DNA of 64,000 nucleotides from the human T2T-CHM13v2.0 reference genome, Homo sapiens. Below, one piece after another: positions 1-14,893 of this stretch. How positions within the stretch are numbered: the stretch's first letter is position 1; each line of letters opens with the position of its first letter. Location of the stretch: the NCBI RefSeq assembly GCF_009914755.1, contig NC_060933.1; one strand, given 5' to 3'. The translations under genes and the position numbers were made by a program. The notes under the pieces were generated by a model. It ran no database searches. It saw nothing but the letters and a program-made list of their open reading frames with translations, and was not told the DNA's origin.

Positions 1-520
1 GGCTGTGAATCCATCTGGTCAAGGGCTTTTATGGTTGGTAGGTCTTTTATTACTGATTCAATTTTAGAACTGAAAACTCAACATTGGTTCTGTTTAGCAT
101 TTCAATTTCCTCCTGATTGAATCTTAGGATATTGTGTGTTTCTAGCAATTTATCCATTTCTTCTAGATTTTCTGGTTTTGTGCATAGAGGTGTTGATAAT
201 TGTCTCTGAAGATCTTTTGTATTTCTGTGGAATCACTTGTAATGTCAACTTTGTCATTTTTGATTGTGCATATTTGGATTTTCTCTCTTTTTTATTAATT
301 TAATTAGCGGTCTATTGATCTTGTTTATCCTTTCAAAAACAACTTTTGTTTTTGTTGATCCTTTGTACAAATATTTGAGTCTCAATTTCATTCAGTTCTC
401 CTCTGATTTTAGTTATTTCTTTTCTTCTGCTAGCTGTGGGGTTAGTTTATTCTTGTTTTCCAGTTCCTCTATGTGTGATATTAGATTATTAATTTGAGAT
501 CTATCTTCTTGATGTAGGTT
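1..520 (-). mobile_element. L1 (LINE-1) ORF2-region fragment, truncated by window edge
   Basis: T-rich sequence matching antisense L1 ORF2 (ggctgtgaatccatctggtc..., tttatccatttcttctagattttct...). ORF 264-497 is the antisense reading of it. Confidence 0.85.
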
Positions 521-539
521 TTAGCACTTATTTTGATAC

Positions 540-700
540 ATAAAATTTTATTGGAACACAGTTACTTTTATTTGTTTACATCTTGTCTATGGCTGCTTTT
601 GTGATGCAATGGCAGAGTTGAGTAGTTACAAAAAGGATACTCTGCCAGGAAAAGCCAAAAATATTTGCTATTTATCTCTTTACAGAAAAAAATCTTTACA
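540..700 (+). mobile_element. MER58A (hAT-Charlie MITE), 3' part
   Basis: Matches recalled consensus: ttttattggaacacag...tctatggctgcttt...ggcagagttgagtagtt...tttacagaaaaa. Confidence 0.8.
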
Positions 701-2074
701 CCTTGGAGAACAAAAATAGAGACTATACCTTACTCCATGTATCAGTCAGTGTTCAGTCAAGAAAACAGAAACCATTTGATGTATTCCATGTAACAAGTAC
801 TAAATAGGAAATTAATGGCTTACCCAACCACTGGAAGCTGAGGGAGCAAGGATCAGAAAGTTGTCATTGCAGACCTCATCCTGAAACACAGAAGTGGGTT
901 GTTCTCAGGCATTATCCAGAACACAACTTGAATTCAAAAGAATCTCTGGGAAGCTCCTGCCATCCATATCAGTCCATTGTACTGAGTATATGTGTTTTTT
1001 AAAAGCTTCCTGGCAAGCCATTGCAAATTTCATGACTTTCTAATGTAAATGACTAGAAATATCTCAGTTGATAATGGATTCTTACTCTCTTCTGCTTTCC
1101 AGATCTAATGTCTCTCACTATCAAGTTCTAACCTAGAACTACTACACACTGCGCAAAAAGGTCCTTGAGAATGTAATTTGTCTGCCTTTCCACAATGTCA
1201 TGGAGATTTACAAGGATGTGGTAGTGATGTGAGTTGACAACAGTCAATTGGACATTACCCTTTTATTCCTACTGCCCTGAATACTGTAGGAAGCAATAAA
1301 AATTTGTTCACATTAATGATGCTCTGTCCTAGAATCCTTTACCTGAGGTTTATGGATGTCTAGGAGGGAAATGTTTGGTCTTTAGAGAAGTCTAAATAGA
1401 TTCTGAATTTCTCATCTCATGCCCATAAGTAAAAGTGTATGAGTACACATATGTGTGTGTCTATGCTTCCAGAAAACATATCCATAATTTTGTCTATTGA
1501 AATGTTCCAGATGCCCCAGATAGATTAAGATTTACCTTATCACTATGTCTGTTGGAGTCTGGGCCCCTTAAATACAAAGGGCTTCGTCTGTTTCATACAG
1601 CTGAGAGCTATGCATGATATCTGACACAGAGTAAACTTTCAAGAAACATTATAAAATAAGTGATCAAAATAATAAACATATATTCATCATCATTTATCTA
1701 AAACTCCAGCTGCCCACAGTTAATAACATATTCAAGTCTTACATAAATCCCTTCCCAATGTGTTCTAGCCAAATCTATCTCAGCACCAGGTACTGAAAGA
1801 GATTAGACCATTGTTCAGATAACACAGGTAATGCTTTCATTCCTGATAAAAGACAAGAGCCAGAGGCAGGAAGAACAAACCAGGAAGACAGGCTCTGGCC
1901 CCTGTCCTTGCCCTCAACATTATATCTGCAGAGCTTCATGCCCTCTGACTTCCCTCTCTCTGTCTCATGGATGCCTCTGCTTCCTCAATGCCTGGCAGTC
2001 CTAAAAACCGAGAAGTAGGTGCTTACTAAATCACTCCATGCTATGCGAACCCTCTTGACATCACTAGGATTTAT

Positions 2075-2260
2075 AATACATGGCTTCAAGGCCTAACTCT
2101 GTCATTCCTGTTTCTGTTAGCTCTGAATAGTCACTTAACATTATCAGAAGCTAGTCTTAGCTTTCCATTCTATAAAATGGGTATTATGGTGAGTATTCTA
2201 GATGTAAAATCATTCTACATAGTTTTACACGTCAATAAAACGTAGGCTGTTAATAATCGT
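2075..2260 (+). mobile_element. MIR SINE fragment
   Basis: Degenerate MIR core (agtcacttaac...ctataaaatgggtatta); approximate bounds. Confidence 0.5.
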
Positions 2261-3639
2261 ACTCATCATGCTTGCCCCACAATCCTCGCAGTTTGTTCAG
2301 AATGTGGAGATTTTAACGATTGGCTTAAATAAGTCAGTAAACAGCTAATTTAGGGACCCAAAAGGCCAATAGTTACTGAATAGTGAACTATACCAAGTAT
2401 CTCCCCCAGAACTATAATTCAAGCTGACACATTTTTATGAATTGAATAGGTTCTGATTATCTGGCTTTCTTTCATATTTTTTTCCTGTCCCATTTCCTGA
2501 GTTTATACAACTTCCTTTGCCAGCTAAACTTAAATCCCTGAAAATCAGAACTGAACATGCCAGGTACATTTCTGACAGCCATAAACAAACTTGGGATTTA
2601 GTTAAGGCCTCTTGTGTCTTAGCTAAGTGTTCACCCCCTTTGAGATTCCAGAAGTCCCTGGACACTCCCTCCCTCCACCCTCTCCACTCTCTAACCTCTT
2701 ATCTTTTGAGATGTAACCAGATGGTTAGCAAAGATCACAGAATGTGCAGAGAACCCACAATTATGCAAACAGTTTTCTCATCTATAAAAGGAAGGCGAAC
2801 ATCACTAGTCTGCCTACCTGGAGGCTGTTAAGACAGAAGAGGCAGCTTTTTCAGGGCATTAGAAAATGTTTTGTAGAGAAGCCATCATTGAAATTTGAAG
2901 GATATGAGTGAAGTGACCACTGGAGAAGATAGGCACGATTTTGCAAGATTTTAATATTTGCTATTAGTGGTAAACCAAATATTATCACTGGAGAAGGTCA
3001 ACAGAAGAAATAGCAGAAATCAGGCATAAAAAGCTGAGAAAGTTATGACATATTTGGAGAGGAGAGAGAACTTTGATATGTTTTGATTTTCTGATGATGC
3101 AGGGGTGCAATGGGACATCAGACTGGAACATTATGACTAAGGGAAACTCTAAAGGATCTTGAATGCCACTGTAGTCATTCAGAATGTCTACTTTACTGGA
3201 TAATTTTTCCAAAAATATATAATTATATCTAGTATTTAAAAAATTACTTGATCAGCTGTGTGAAATGCAATGTAAAAGTGACACCCAAAGTGTTTGCTTA
3301 AGGCACAGGTTCAACTGGTGCTTAAAAGATGTCACACACACACATATCTACACACTCATACACTCACACAACTGGCCATCACTCATGGTAATCGTACAAA
3401 CAGTCATTTGTTGAAAGAATGTGTGAGTTAGGATTAGTATATTTTATGTTCAAGCAAGCTAAATAAAAATTTTCTTACTGTTTTTGTTGGTTTTGATTGT
3501 TTAGCTCTAGGATTTTCTAGAAAATCTAGCAAACTGATATGCTTGGTGTATCCCCAAGAGGGAAGAGAATAAGTAAGATTGCATAATTTTGTCATGGGAC
3601 TTCTTTGGTCATGTATCTCATGGGACCAGTGTCTCATGG

Positions 3640-3880
3640 AAAACACTTGGGAAATGTTACAGTAAAAAGAAAGATAAGAGACAAAAAACCTAAACAAAGA
3701 GCAATGTTGAAAACTCAGGAATGCAAACATGGGACCTGGACTATAACAGTGTCAGAAGGGTTGGAGAAGAAGGAAGGTTGGAAACACACTATGAAAGTGA
3801 AACAGACAGGACTTAATGATTTGTTATATGTCGGGAAAGGAGATGGAGGAATCAAAATTATGCCCAGCTTTTAAAGTGCA
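3640..3880 (-). mobile_element. L2 fragment
   Basis: L2-like antisense segment (gacaggacttaatgatttgttatatg...ggaggaatcaaaattatgccc); approximate bounds. Confidence 0.5.
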
Positions 3881-4079
3881 GGGAAATTGTGGTCTTATTC
3901 TATTTATATAATGTTTAAGTAACTGATTTATAAAAATCTATTATAATCGAAGTCTTCTTCATTTTTCCATTGCAATCAAAGAGTTCCCAAATGTGAGAAA
4001 AGTGGCAATGTCTAATACTGACACTCACCTGCATGACATCTGTCTACCCTTTAGAACCTTTGACCTAATATTTTATTTA

Positions 4080-4450
4080 AAAACTATCATAGATGCACAC
4101 AGGTGTATAAACTTAAATGAAAAACCAAAATATCAAAGAATAAGAAATTAGTTCAATATACCTGTGTATATTAATCTGAATATATTAATAGAATGCTATG
4201 CATTAAAAACCATATTTTACAAGAAAACTTCAAAACATATTAGATAACAAAAACCTCCCATGGTATAAGTTAAGCATAGAAAAAGAAGGGAGGTTATAAA
4301 GCAAAATATACTAATAAGAATTTTAAGGAAAATACGTTAATGATACTTTGAGAAAAATGGACATATAAAAACACAACATTTCAGCAGTAGTTTTATTTGG
4401 ACAGTGAATTAATTGCAACTTTTAGTTTTCTCTGTATATTTGAGTTTCCC
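4080..4450 (+). mobile_element. Old L1M 3'-region fragment
   Basis: A-rich decayed L1ME/MC-like 3' sequence ending in a T-rich tail; approximate bounds. Confidence 0.4.
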
Positions 4451-7254
4451 AAATGCCCAAGTGGTACTTACTAAGCAGACAAAATTGTATTTTTAATAGG
4501 GCAGATTTTTGTTTAACATGATACTATTATGATTATTATTGCCAGAAAATACATACTAATTTTGTCACTCACTTTTCTATCCTTTCTTCTTCCCTTCATT
4601 CCATTAGTTTAATCAAGAAACATTGGTCAAATATACATTGTGTGTCAAATTCTTTTCTAGGCTGCTGGGATAGAAAATAGCAAATTATTGAGTCCTCCCT
4701 CTAGGTGCTCTCAGCCACGAAGGCACTTATGGAGAGCCAGCATCAGGCACGACAGTGGCCTCAGATTTTACTGAAGGAAGGAAGCACATTAGGACAAAAA
4801 GAAGGGTCATTTGGCTCTCATGATATTTGTCAAAAATAGAGCTAGCTATGGAGAGATGGGAGACACCAACAGGTAAGTCCTCCACATGTATCTGAAGTAA
4901 CTGTTGTGGGCTTGGAAAGAGGGAGGGAAAATGTCTTTGGTGTAGTAGAGAAGCTACAACTCATTTAATTATACATATGTGTTGAATTACAAGAAATTGA
5001 GATACGTACCGAAAGTGAGGATTATGTGGGTCTAAGGGAAGTTGTCACTAACTTGAAACATCAATGGAATCTTCAGAAATATCAGCTATGCAGAGGAGAG
5101 GGAGAGAGGATGATTTGAAATGATGGGTCCTTAGTTTGAGATGCCAATCAGACAATGCAACTCTCCTTCTGTGTGCAGGTGCATTCGTGTGTAGGTGTGT
5201 GCCTTTGGGGTAGGATAGAGAGTAGGCAGAGCCTACAGCTCTGAATGAATAGGTTAGAAACTACTGATTTGGCCATGAAGAGGTCATCACAGAAATCTCA
5301 TATATAATGCAAGCAACATCTGAAACTTGGTTCTAAGAGACCTAAGATTGTTGGGACTTTGAAACTTGGAAATCTATCATTTCCAAATAGGCAGCATTTC
5401 TTTTTTTTTTTTTTCCTCAATAGTTGAAGAAGTTTATTATCTGGAGCAGACTGTTCTCTTTTTCCAAGTGACCACCTGAAAGAGCTTTATTATGACACAC
5501 AAAGCAAACTTCACTGCCAACCATTTATATTGGCCATAGATAGCCCATGTTAATATATCCAAAGATAAGCTTTGAGCTTAGATGAGAAAGAAGCAGACAT
5601 AGCAAGGCAGAGTATCAATTCTAATCACTCAATCCACACACAATCATATACCCATGTGCACACACACTCACATAGACACATATACATCCTACATACCTAT
5701 CCTGTCAATCCCTTGTCTGAGTCTTGATGGTTAGAGGAGTTTTGCTCGAAACTAAATGTACTGTTTTAACAAAATATTTGGGAACAAAGAGATTCTAGAT
5801 CCAAACAGAAATGCTTGCAGATCCGTAAAGCACAGAGTAGGGGGAGGCCATTCTCTCAGCTCTACCCAGAGGATAAAAGACTTTGGAAACTTTGGGTAAT
5901 GACACCCTTGGCCCAGGCAATGGTAGCTTTCAAGAGGTATGTTAGGTGTAACAGCTTCATAGATAATAGACATTGATAAACAGGAGAGAAAAAGAAAAAA
6001 GGGCCTCTTTGTGGTGACTGTGGCTGCCAGCCTGGTTTGTGAACACGTGGTAAGCCTTCTGTGAACTCCCCAAAACCACTAAGAACAGAAGAAGGGGAAG
6101 TAGGTGGGGTGGGGTAAGTCATTGTATGTAGGAAACAGCCACTGTCATTTAAGCAGAAAAGTCAAAGTGATTATTATTGTCCTCCCAGGCTATAAAAGAC
6201 CCTGATTTTTAAGTTACATATGGGGATAAAGAATGAAGCCAAAGCTGAAACTCCTGTTCATCATTTAACCCCACAGAGGCATGCATGCCTACATCTTGAA
6301 AATAGCTCTTTTGCGCTTGACAATTAGACCAAGTTAAGAAAGACCACGGGCTATTAATTCCTTTTCCCCACCATCTCCAGGCCTTTTTACCACCCTTGGA
6401 AATAAGACTAGGTTTTTTAATTTTTTAATTTTTTTCCCTCATTTAGCTTTGGACGAGGCTTGGGAGTTGGGAGACAGAAGACAGAGAAATGTGATTAAAA
6501 TGTAGGTCAGCTGGTACGTTATTTACAAATGGCTGAGAGAATAGAACAAGGACATACTTGGTCAAGTCCTTGGCAAAGGCCTTAAAGGAAGATGTAAAGA
6601 AGAACAACCACTTTGTGTGCAAGAGTCACCTCTTTCGGGGTCAAGGCCACTTTCCCGAGTTGCTGAAGCGAATCTTTATTTTTTTCCTAAAACTCAACAG
6701 ACAGCATCTTCAGAACCTAATTTGATTTTGATTGATTTTTGAAACTTGAAACACTTCTAAACTAATTTTCAGTATATTACTCTTGTCAACGCTTAAAGAT
6801 TTTGTCAGGAGGAATTTGCTGAACAGACACAGTAATTTTGTTTCTCATTCTGGCGTATCACCCCTAAAGAGGAAGCCCGGGGAGGGAGGCAGCTCTGTTA
6901 CTACAGCTGCTGCTATTAGAATATACATTGCAATTACTTTGCTGCTATTTTGGGGGTCTTCTCAACCAGTTCATGCCACAACCCACGGGAGCTAGATGTC
7001 TTGAAATAAGAATCACAGAATTGTTGACTCCTCTTGGGTCAGACCTGGGATAGAGAGAAGGGACTTGAGACCCAGAGAGAAGTGATTCATTCAAGGTCAT
7101 ATAGCAATTTAGTGGCAAGGCTGGTACTAGAGGACATCTTCATATTTTTAGCCCGTTTGTCTCCCCAGTGTATTAAGAAGCACAGAAGCTAGCTAGGTCA
7201 GCCCTGCAGTGGTCATGGACCAAGCTGGGATTTATTAAATAAATATACCAGTGA

Positions 7255-7660
7255 CAACGTCAATGGGAGAAGGGGCCTTTAATTGCGGTCGATACACCAA
7301 TCGATAGGCAGTAAAAGCCACTCTGATAGCCCAGCACAATGCTACCCCTAGGAAGCGTAGGGGCTGTGTTAACAGTGTCTCCCTTTTTGTCTAACCGCAG
7401 TCAGCAGATCCATTGGGGGCTGTTGGAAATAACAGTGGCATTACAAGATAATAACCTCTGTTCAAGCCGGCATTATGCCGAGAGGGCTGTCAAAAAGTGC
7501 TTTCCTTTTATTGCTTTTTGCCACCCAGGGTCTGTGGCATGCAGACAGATGGACAGGCTCATCTTAACAAATAAGCAACGGGGACAAACTGCTCTGGCTC
7601 AAATCAGCAATCTTCGCTCAAGGCAGGGCCTTGCAAGCAAGGACCTGCGGGTGCCTGGGT
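7255..7660. promoter_or_regulatory. Candidate conserved enhancer-like block
   Basis: No recognisable repeat. About 11 CpGs in ~400 bp against a CpG-poor background. Contains AATCGATA (ONECUT/CUX-type, 7299-7306), TAATTG, CACAAT, CTGTCA and CAGATG motifs. Confidence 0.4.
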
Positions 7661-9224
7661 AACAACATTGGCAGATGCAAAGCAGAGGATTATTCAGTAG
7701 GGTAGTAGAATTAGTAAAGTGCTGGCCCATTGTGTGACCACATGGGCTCAAGGACTTTCATCTGCTACAAAACTACCTTGATATAGTGGGAGTTGGCTAA
7801 ATGTAAAGAGGAAGAACTTTAGGAGCAGAGGAAAGATCGGAGATTCTACAGTTCTGTTTTAGCTATTTAAATCTGTTTCCCAACACACAGTGTCCTATAG
7901 GTGAATACTAATAGATCAAATTAATATGCATTTATGTATACGCATTTATTCATTAATACATTCTCAATGCAATTCAATGCATGTAATAAGGTGACTCTGG
8001 GTGAAATTGAACACCAACTTTTTTTTTGTTTGTTTTTTGTTTTTTGTTTTTTAAATCTGGGTAAAGAGAAATTGAGAAAGGAATGGCCATTGATATTTCA
8101 AATAAAAAGATAGTTTTAAAAATGTTTTGCATATTTTATTTTTTTAAGTTTTCATTGATACATAATAATTGTATACATATTTATGAAGTACATGTGGCAG
8201 TTTTTAAGAATCAATAATAGGTATTTGGGAACTGTATTGATGTATTGATGTCCAGCTACTATGACTATATCAGCAGGGCTATGGAGCCAATTTATTCCTT
8301 TTGGGTAGAGGCAAGGCTTTCCCTGTAGGAATTGGCTATTACCACTTTCAAAGAGTCCTGGGAAGAGATAGTGGCTGGAACACCAGGACTTAGGGTGACT
8401 AGGACTGTAGTGAGGGGGGATGGTCTTTCATTCCCTGGATCCAGGAGGCCAAGCTACAAAGAAGATAGGATTACTTCTTGTGAGTGGCAGGACCTGGCCA
8501 AGTGGAAACTCACTGGGAGCAAGTCAGACAGCCAAGGTTATATAGTCTGGGCCTGGGCTGTAGTTATAAATTAACCTTTGCAGTTACTTATTTGTATATA
8601 TTTTATCCATTTAGATAAATCATTTACATCAGAATAGCCTCCTGTCTGCTACTAAAGAAAATTTTAAAAGGGGTCAGACCTAATTATGGGGCTCTCAAGG
8701 TAAAGGAGACTGGGAGTTGGGGGACCAGTGCTACTGAGAGCAGAGTGATGGCAGCAGAAGGGTCACCAACAAAGGGCAACTATGTCCAGTGGAAGAATAA
8801 CCTCTCGGGGACTTGGCAGCAGTGTGGTGACAGGAGTGACAGGGGTTAAAAAAGGATGGCTGGGGGCTGTGCTCTGCACCCTTTCGGCAACAGCCTAGAG
8901 GGTCTTCAGAATCATCCAGGAGATGTGTTGAGAAAAGTACTTTGGGGGCAATAAAACAAATGAGTGCTTGGATCAGTGTCACTAGTGAGAGACAAAGATA
9001 CAAAAATTCATAAAGCTGAAGCCTCGAGGAAATTCCCAGTCTCTCTGGGAAGGCAAGACAAATACAAATGAAAAGATTCCTAAAAAACATAAGCCTGCTA
9101 AGCCTCACAGGAATGGAAGAAAACTGAAGGTGGTATAGTAGTTCTGACAAATGAGAACTGGGGTTGGGTTTATTGCAGATGCTTCCTAAAAGATATGGAA
9201 AATGATCTAAACCTTGTAATGTAG

Positions 9225-9715
<491 letters not shown>

Positions 9716-12484
9716 TAACTGAAATAGGGAATGTGGTTTAAGGCAAAGTAATAGAAGTTGGGCTAAAGGTGCTTCTGCCAGCAGCTCTGCTGCAACTGAG
9801 AAAAGAGACAAGCAACTGAGAATTAGTGATTATCAGTTCAATACTAATAACAGCTCTCTCTCCTGTCATCACATGACTCATGACATATTACTCAATTACT
9901 GCATTTTGTTGTTGTATTACTTTCAGAACTATTACTGGTACATATTACATCAGTTTTATAGGTGGAGCAATTAACAATCAAGAAGTTCTATTACTTGTCC
10001 AAAATTACAAGGATGGTTAAGCAGAAGAGCGAATAGAAGCTCTAGACTTCTGATTGCTAATGTGGGGCTCTTTCCTCAACACCTTACTCTCTGTCTTCCT
10101 TTCCTGTTGATGAGAAGTATTCAGAAATCTCCAAAACTTCCAGAATTTCCCTAGCAGAGGCTGGTATCTTGCATGCCACATCTGAATATTGATAGTGATT
10201 TTTGGGACCCTCTGTTGAAAAGGATACTGAGGATTTATTTGGAGTCAGTAGGAAAGCATGCTGTAATGGATTGCTAATGTCTGCAGTGAGCATCAAATGG
10301 CAAAGTGACAGTATATGTATAATATATATAATATAGCCCACTCACAAAGTATGATCTTGTTCTGGGCTTCACAGCATTATTTGGCTAGGCCCTGATAAGT
10401 ACAAACTACAGAAGAATAGCATTCAGTTAGGAGGATTAAATAGGGGTGGGTTGATGAAGAGAGGAATGATGATTCTCACATGCCTTCGTATTATCTCATT
10501 AGCCATTACTGTTCATTCTAATTCCAATCAGGTTTCATGAATTTGTGGAGAAACATTCAAAACAAACAAACTAACAAAAAACACACAACACCCCCCTCCA
10601 TAAAAACAACAAACAAACAAACAAACAAAAAAAAAAAACTAAGCCTCACTCTCTGACATCAGCCCAAATACATTCCCTTGCCTTACAAACCCATGCATCT
10701 AAAATTCTGGGCACATTCTAATAACACAGCTTTTTATTCCAGCTTCATAAAAGGACAGATATAAATGTACAAAGTCTGCCAGTCCTCTCGACTTGCCCCA
10801 ATATTGTCTTTTTAGGAATGAATGGAAACTTTTCCCATTTTGCTGGCTTTTTCCCACTAACCTCCCCCTATAAAACTAAACAAAAATCCCAAAGCAAACA
10901 AAAACAATAAAAGACATTACTATCAACCAGCCAAACATTCTTAAAGCATCAAGTCCATGTGACCATCCTGATTGCTATTATTGTGTGTGAGTCACTTGCA
11001 AACTCAGGCTCAGTTTTTAATTATTCTCAATTGTCACTTTGCACTGAACAAACAGACCAAACCTTTGTCCAAATCATGTGTGATAGAGCAATATTTTTAT
11101 TTCCTATAATGCCAGCAACTTGCACTTGCTTTCCCTCTAGCTCTTGCTAATTTCCAGGGATTTGGCTGCAATTTGGAAAAGGCCTCTCCTGATGGAGGCC
11201 ACAGTTTCCAGCCCTTGTTGCCTTCCTGGCACTGCTTTCTAATCGTCCCCCTACCCTTTGCTAATATTATATCTGCAATCATTACTCCATTTTGCCGTGA
11301 TTTTAATTAGAGGACATGTGGTATCTTTTAATATTCTTCTGCACATTGAGGCTCCTGAGCACTTGTTACCAACCAATGCCTCACTATAATTTGGAAGCTG
11401 TGGCTTCATAAGCAAGTCCTCCAATCTTTTGATATTAAATTTTCAAATTAATCTCTGCTGTATGCATCACTGGTGATTATCTTGGCCTAAATTATGCATC
11501 CTTCTTAAAGTTAGGAAACAACGGCTCATCCCATCTGACAATGAATCTATGCTGATACCCTTCTCTCTAAGGAGAAAAAGGTTGTTTTTAACCCTCTATG
11601 GGTATAATTAGAGATCTCTTTGACTCCAGTTTTGTTTACTATCATCCCACTTGTGGCTACAATAAGAGCAAAACTGATCCTGTGAGTGCCATCTCAGGCC
11701 CTCTTGTGGGTTCCCATTGCTTCCAAGAAAAATCCAAGCCCCCATTTATCCTTCAAAAGATAAACTTTTAAATATCAAGCAGGAGTGATATAACTATATT
11801 ATTAGAAAAAAATGTATGGAGTTAGCTGATAATGGCTTGTGGTGTTATTCCTCAAAGGGGATTTTATGGTACAGTGGGATGTACACAGTCTCTGGAGTTG
11901 GAGGGACTCAGATTAATATCCATTATTCAACATTTATTACCTTCCCCATTGCTAGAAAATTGTTTCCGTTTTCTATGCCTCAATTTTTATTGTCAGAACT
12001 AACAGGGTTGCTATGGCAGCACATAGTAGGTTATCAAAGGACAAATTTCCCTTTTCTCTAACTTCGTCCCCTGGGTATTTCTTGTAGTGGCAACCCTCAA
12101 GACTTACAAGATTGAATCTAAATATGAATAATTGGGCAATGTAAAGAAAAGATTTTGGAGTATTTATAGTCATATGTTGGAGGTGGGATTTGGAGGAGCA
12201 AATAAGCTAAAATTAGATTATTTATCAAAATCCCCCACATGTAGTATTGTGGGCTCTTTCAAACAGGGATGGGATCTGTTCTCTTGGTTTAATTCAGGCG
12301 TCATTGTGCCTGGTTTAAAAGTGGACTGCACCATCTAACTATAATCTTTCTCTTCGTAATTGTGTCACTGTGCTCACATGAAGCCACTGTCCCATCAAAT
12401 GAGAGGACAAATAAACGTCCAGTAAGAAAAAAACAAGATAATCTGATACATTTCAATCTTAAAAAGACTACCACCAGACACTCT

Positions 12485-13080
12485 GTAAGATGACATAACA
12501 ATCAAACAGCACTGAAGATCTGGATTGATCACATCTCAAGACAATTATAATCTACTCCCAAGCTCAGGCTCCAGTACAACTAAAAGGTGGAGTAAGAACA
12601 CAAACCAAAATAATTCTCTGTCCCTGTGTTTGACAACACTGGAAACAGGCATACTTCCCTCTCTCTGAGCTAAACAACTCTAGGATGATGTATTTTACCT
12701 CTTTCTTTGCTAAGCAATGCTGAGAATAAACAAAAATAACTTAGCTGCTTGCTCTAGGAAATACCTGCTCCTGGAAGATAAGACTGGGAACTAACTAAAC
12801 AGCTTACTTATCATGAATAACACCTGACTCATCCAGAATTACTTCAAGACCCTCCGCACTGTGACCATCAATCCAAAGCTATCATGGCATAATCTCTGCC
12901 CAATCCCAAATAGTTTCTATCTTGTAAGACTCTCCTTAAATTCAGTCACCCCTGACCCCAAAACCATATATATTTCTATTTTGAGACACTACTAAGGCTG
13001 TCTCCTTTCCTGCAGTAAATCTAATAAACTGAGCTTTTCTTGATCAATAGACTTTTCTGGTGATCTTTGAGGAATCAACA
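12485..13080 (+). mobile_element. Solo LTR, probably ERV1 class (MER89/90/110-like)
   Basis: TG...CA ends and AATAAA followed by an LTR-like 3' end (aataaactgagcttttcttgatcaa...gaatcaaca). Subfamily uncertain. Confidence 0.45.
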
Positions 13081-13169
13081 GTTGACTCTGTAAAGTACTT
13101 TATTACAAGACTAATTGTATTTAACTTTCTTAAAAATCTGTTTTTCTGTTTTTATCTTTTATGTATTCC

Positions 13170-13660
13170 CCCAAGAAATATTTATTGAGTGTCAAGAACT
13201 ATGCTAGACATGGAGAACCAACTATTTTTGCCTTCATGGCATATACATTCCAGTAAGGAAAAATATATTAGTTTTAAAGATGACAAGAATAATTATACCA
13301 TTACAGTTGTGATAAGTGTGTTAAAGCAAAAATCCTAAAATTCTAAGAAAACATGTCAAGGGAGAACCACATTTGGCTTTGAGTGCATGTGTGTGTTGGA
13401 GAGCAGGGACAGTATCCCCGGACAGGCAGCATTTAAGGTAAGACAAGAAGTCCAAGTGGAGGGGTGCCACTGATAGAAGTGATAGTATGTCCAATGCTTA
13501 GTGTCAGAAGGAGCTTGGCTTGCTGCTAGGACAGAGAGAAGGCCAATCCAGAATAACCAGCCATTGGGAGGGAGTTTGACTGGAGGTAGGCAGGGCTGGG
13601 ATTGATCAGGCTTTGTCAGACATGATAAGTATTTATTCCTGGAGGTTAGTTGCATTGGGC
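13170..13660 (-). mobile_element. L2 3' fragment
   Basis: aaatatttattgagtg...gccttcatggcatatacattccagt...gtgataagtg is a typical antisense L2a 3' end. Confidence 0.65.
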
Positions 13661-14352
13661 TGTTTTTTTCTTCTGATACTACGATGACTTAGACTCTAAT
13701 ATGTTTGTATTAATAGCATCTCACATTTGATGTTCAAAGATGATGTCCATATTAGTGTCTACTTTTAGCCATATGCTCCCTCTTTCTAGTTTTACCTTCT
13801 TTTATTTTACAAAATTTCTTCAACTCCCTGTGTTTGTCCTGTTCCCCTTCCTATGCTTTTTTTAGGACAGGGTCCTCACAGCCAATATTCTACCTTATTT
13901 AGCCTCTTTAGGACTGAAGGAGTTCTTGCTTCCCTAGGTTAAGTCCCTTGAAGAAAGCCTTTAAAAAGATGTAGTCGATGAACTCTTTCTACAGCCTAAG
14001 TAGTGTAATGCATTATTGACTCTTTCCAGATATAAGGTCCCCTCCGCTGCCAGCATTAATGAAGAAACTTTCCCTAGTTCACAAGTGTTAACAGGCCTCC
14101 AGTCTTACTCAACTTCTTCCTGGAGTGGTTTACTCCCTCAGGAAACGTGATTGTCTCAACTGTATCTCAAGTTGGGAGGTGATTTCTGTTCCAGAAACTC
14201 AAAAAGAGTGGAAGTTTATTTGTAAAATGATTATGGCAGTTTGGACTTTGTTAAGTGCTCATGTCATTGGACAATGAGATTTGTGTTTGTCACACCACAT
14301 CTTGATGTTTTCTATTATAATGTTAAATGCAGAATGTTAAAACTTAATTTGG

Positions 14353-14692
<340 letters not shown>

Positions 14693-14893
14693 TTATTCAG
14701 AAGTCCAATATATAAAATAGACAAAAGCAAAGTAGCTCAACTGAGAGCAGGGGAAGGTCTGAGAGCTGGCACATTGGATACCCTCTTTAGCACTGCTAAG
14801 TCCCCAGAATCCACTGAAGGACCTTAGGTTGAAACAACACTACTTGACTCCGAGTTAGGGCAACATGGTTGACAACAGAAACTCAAGACCCTT

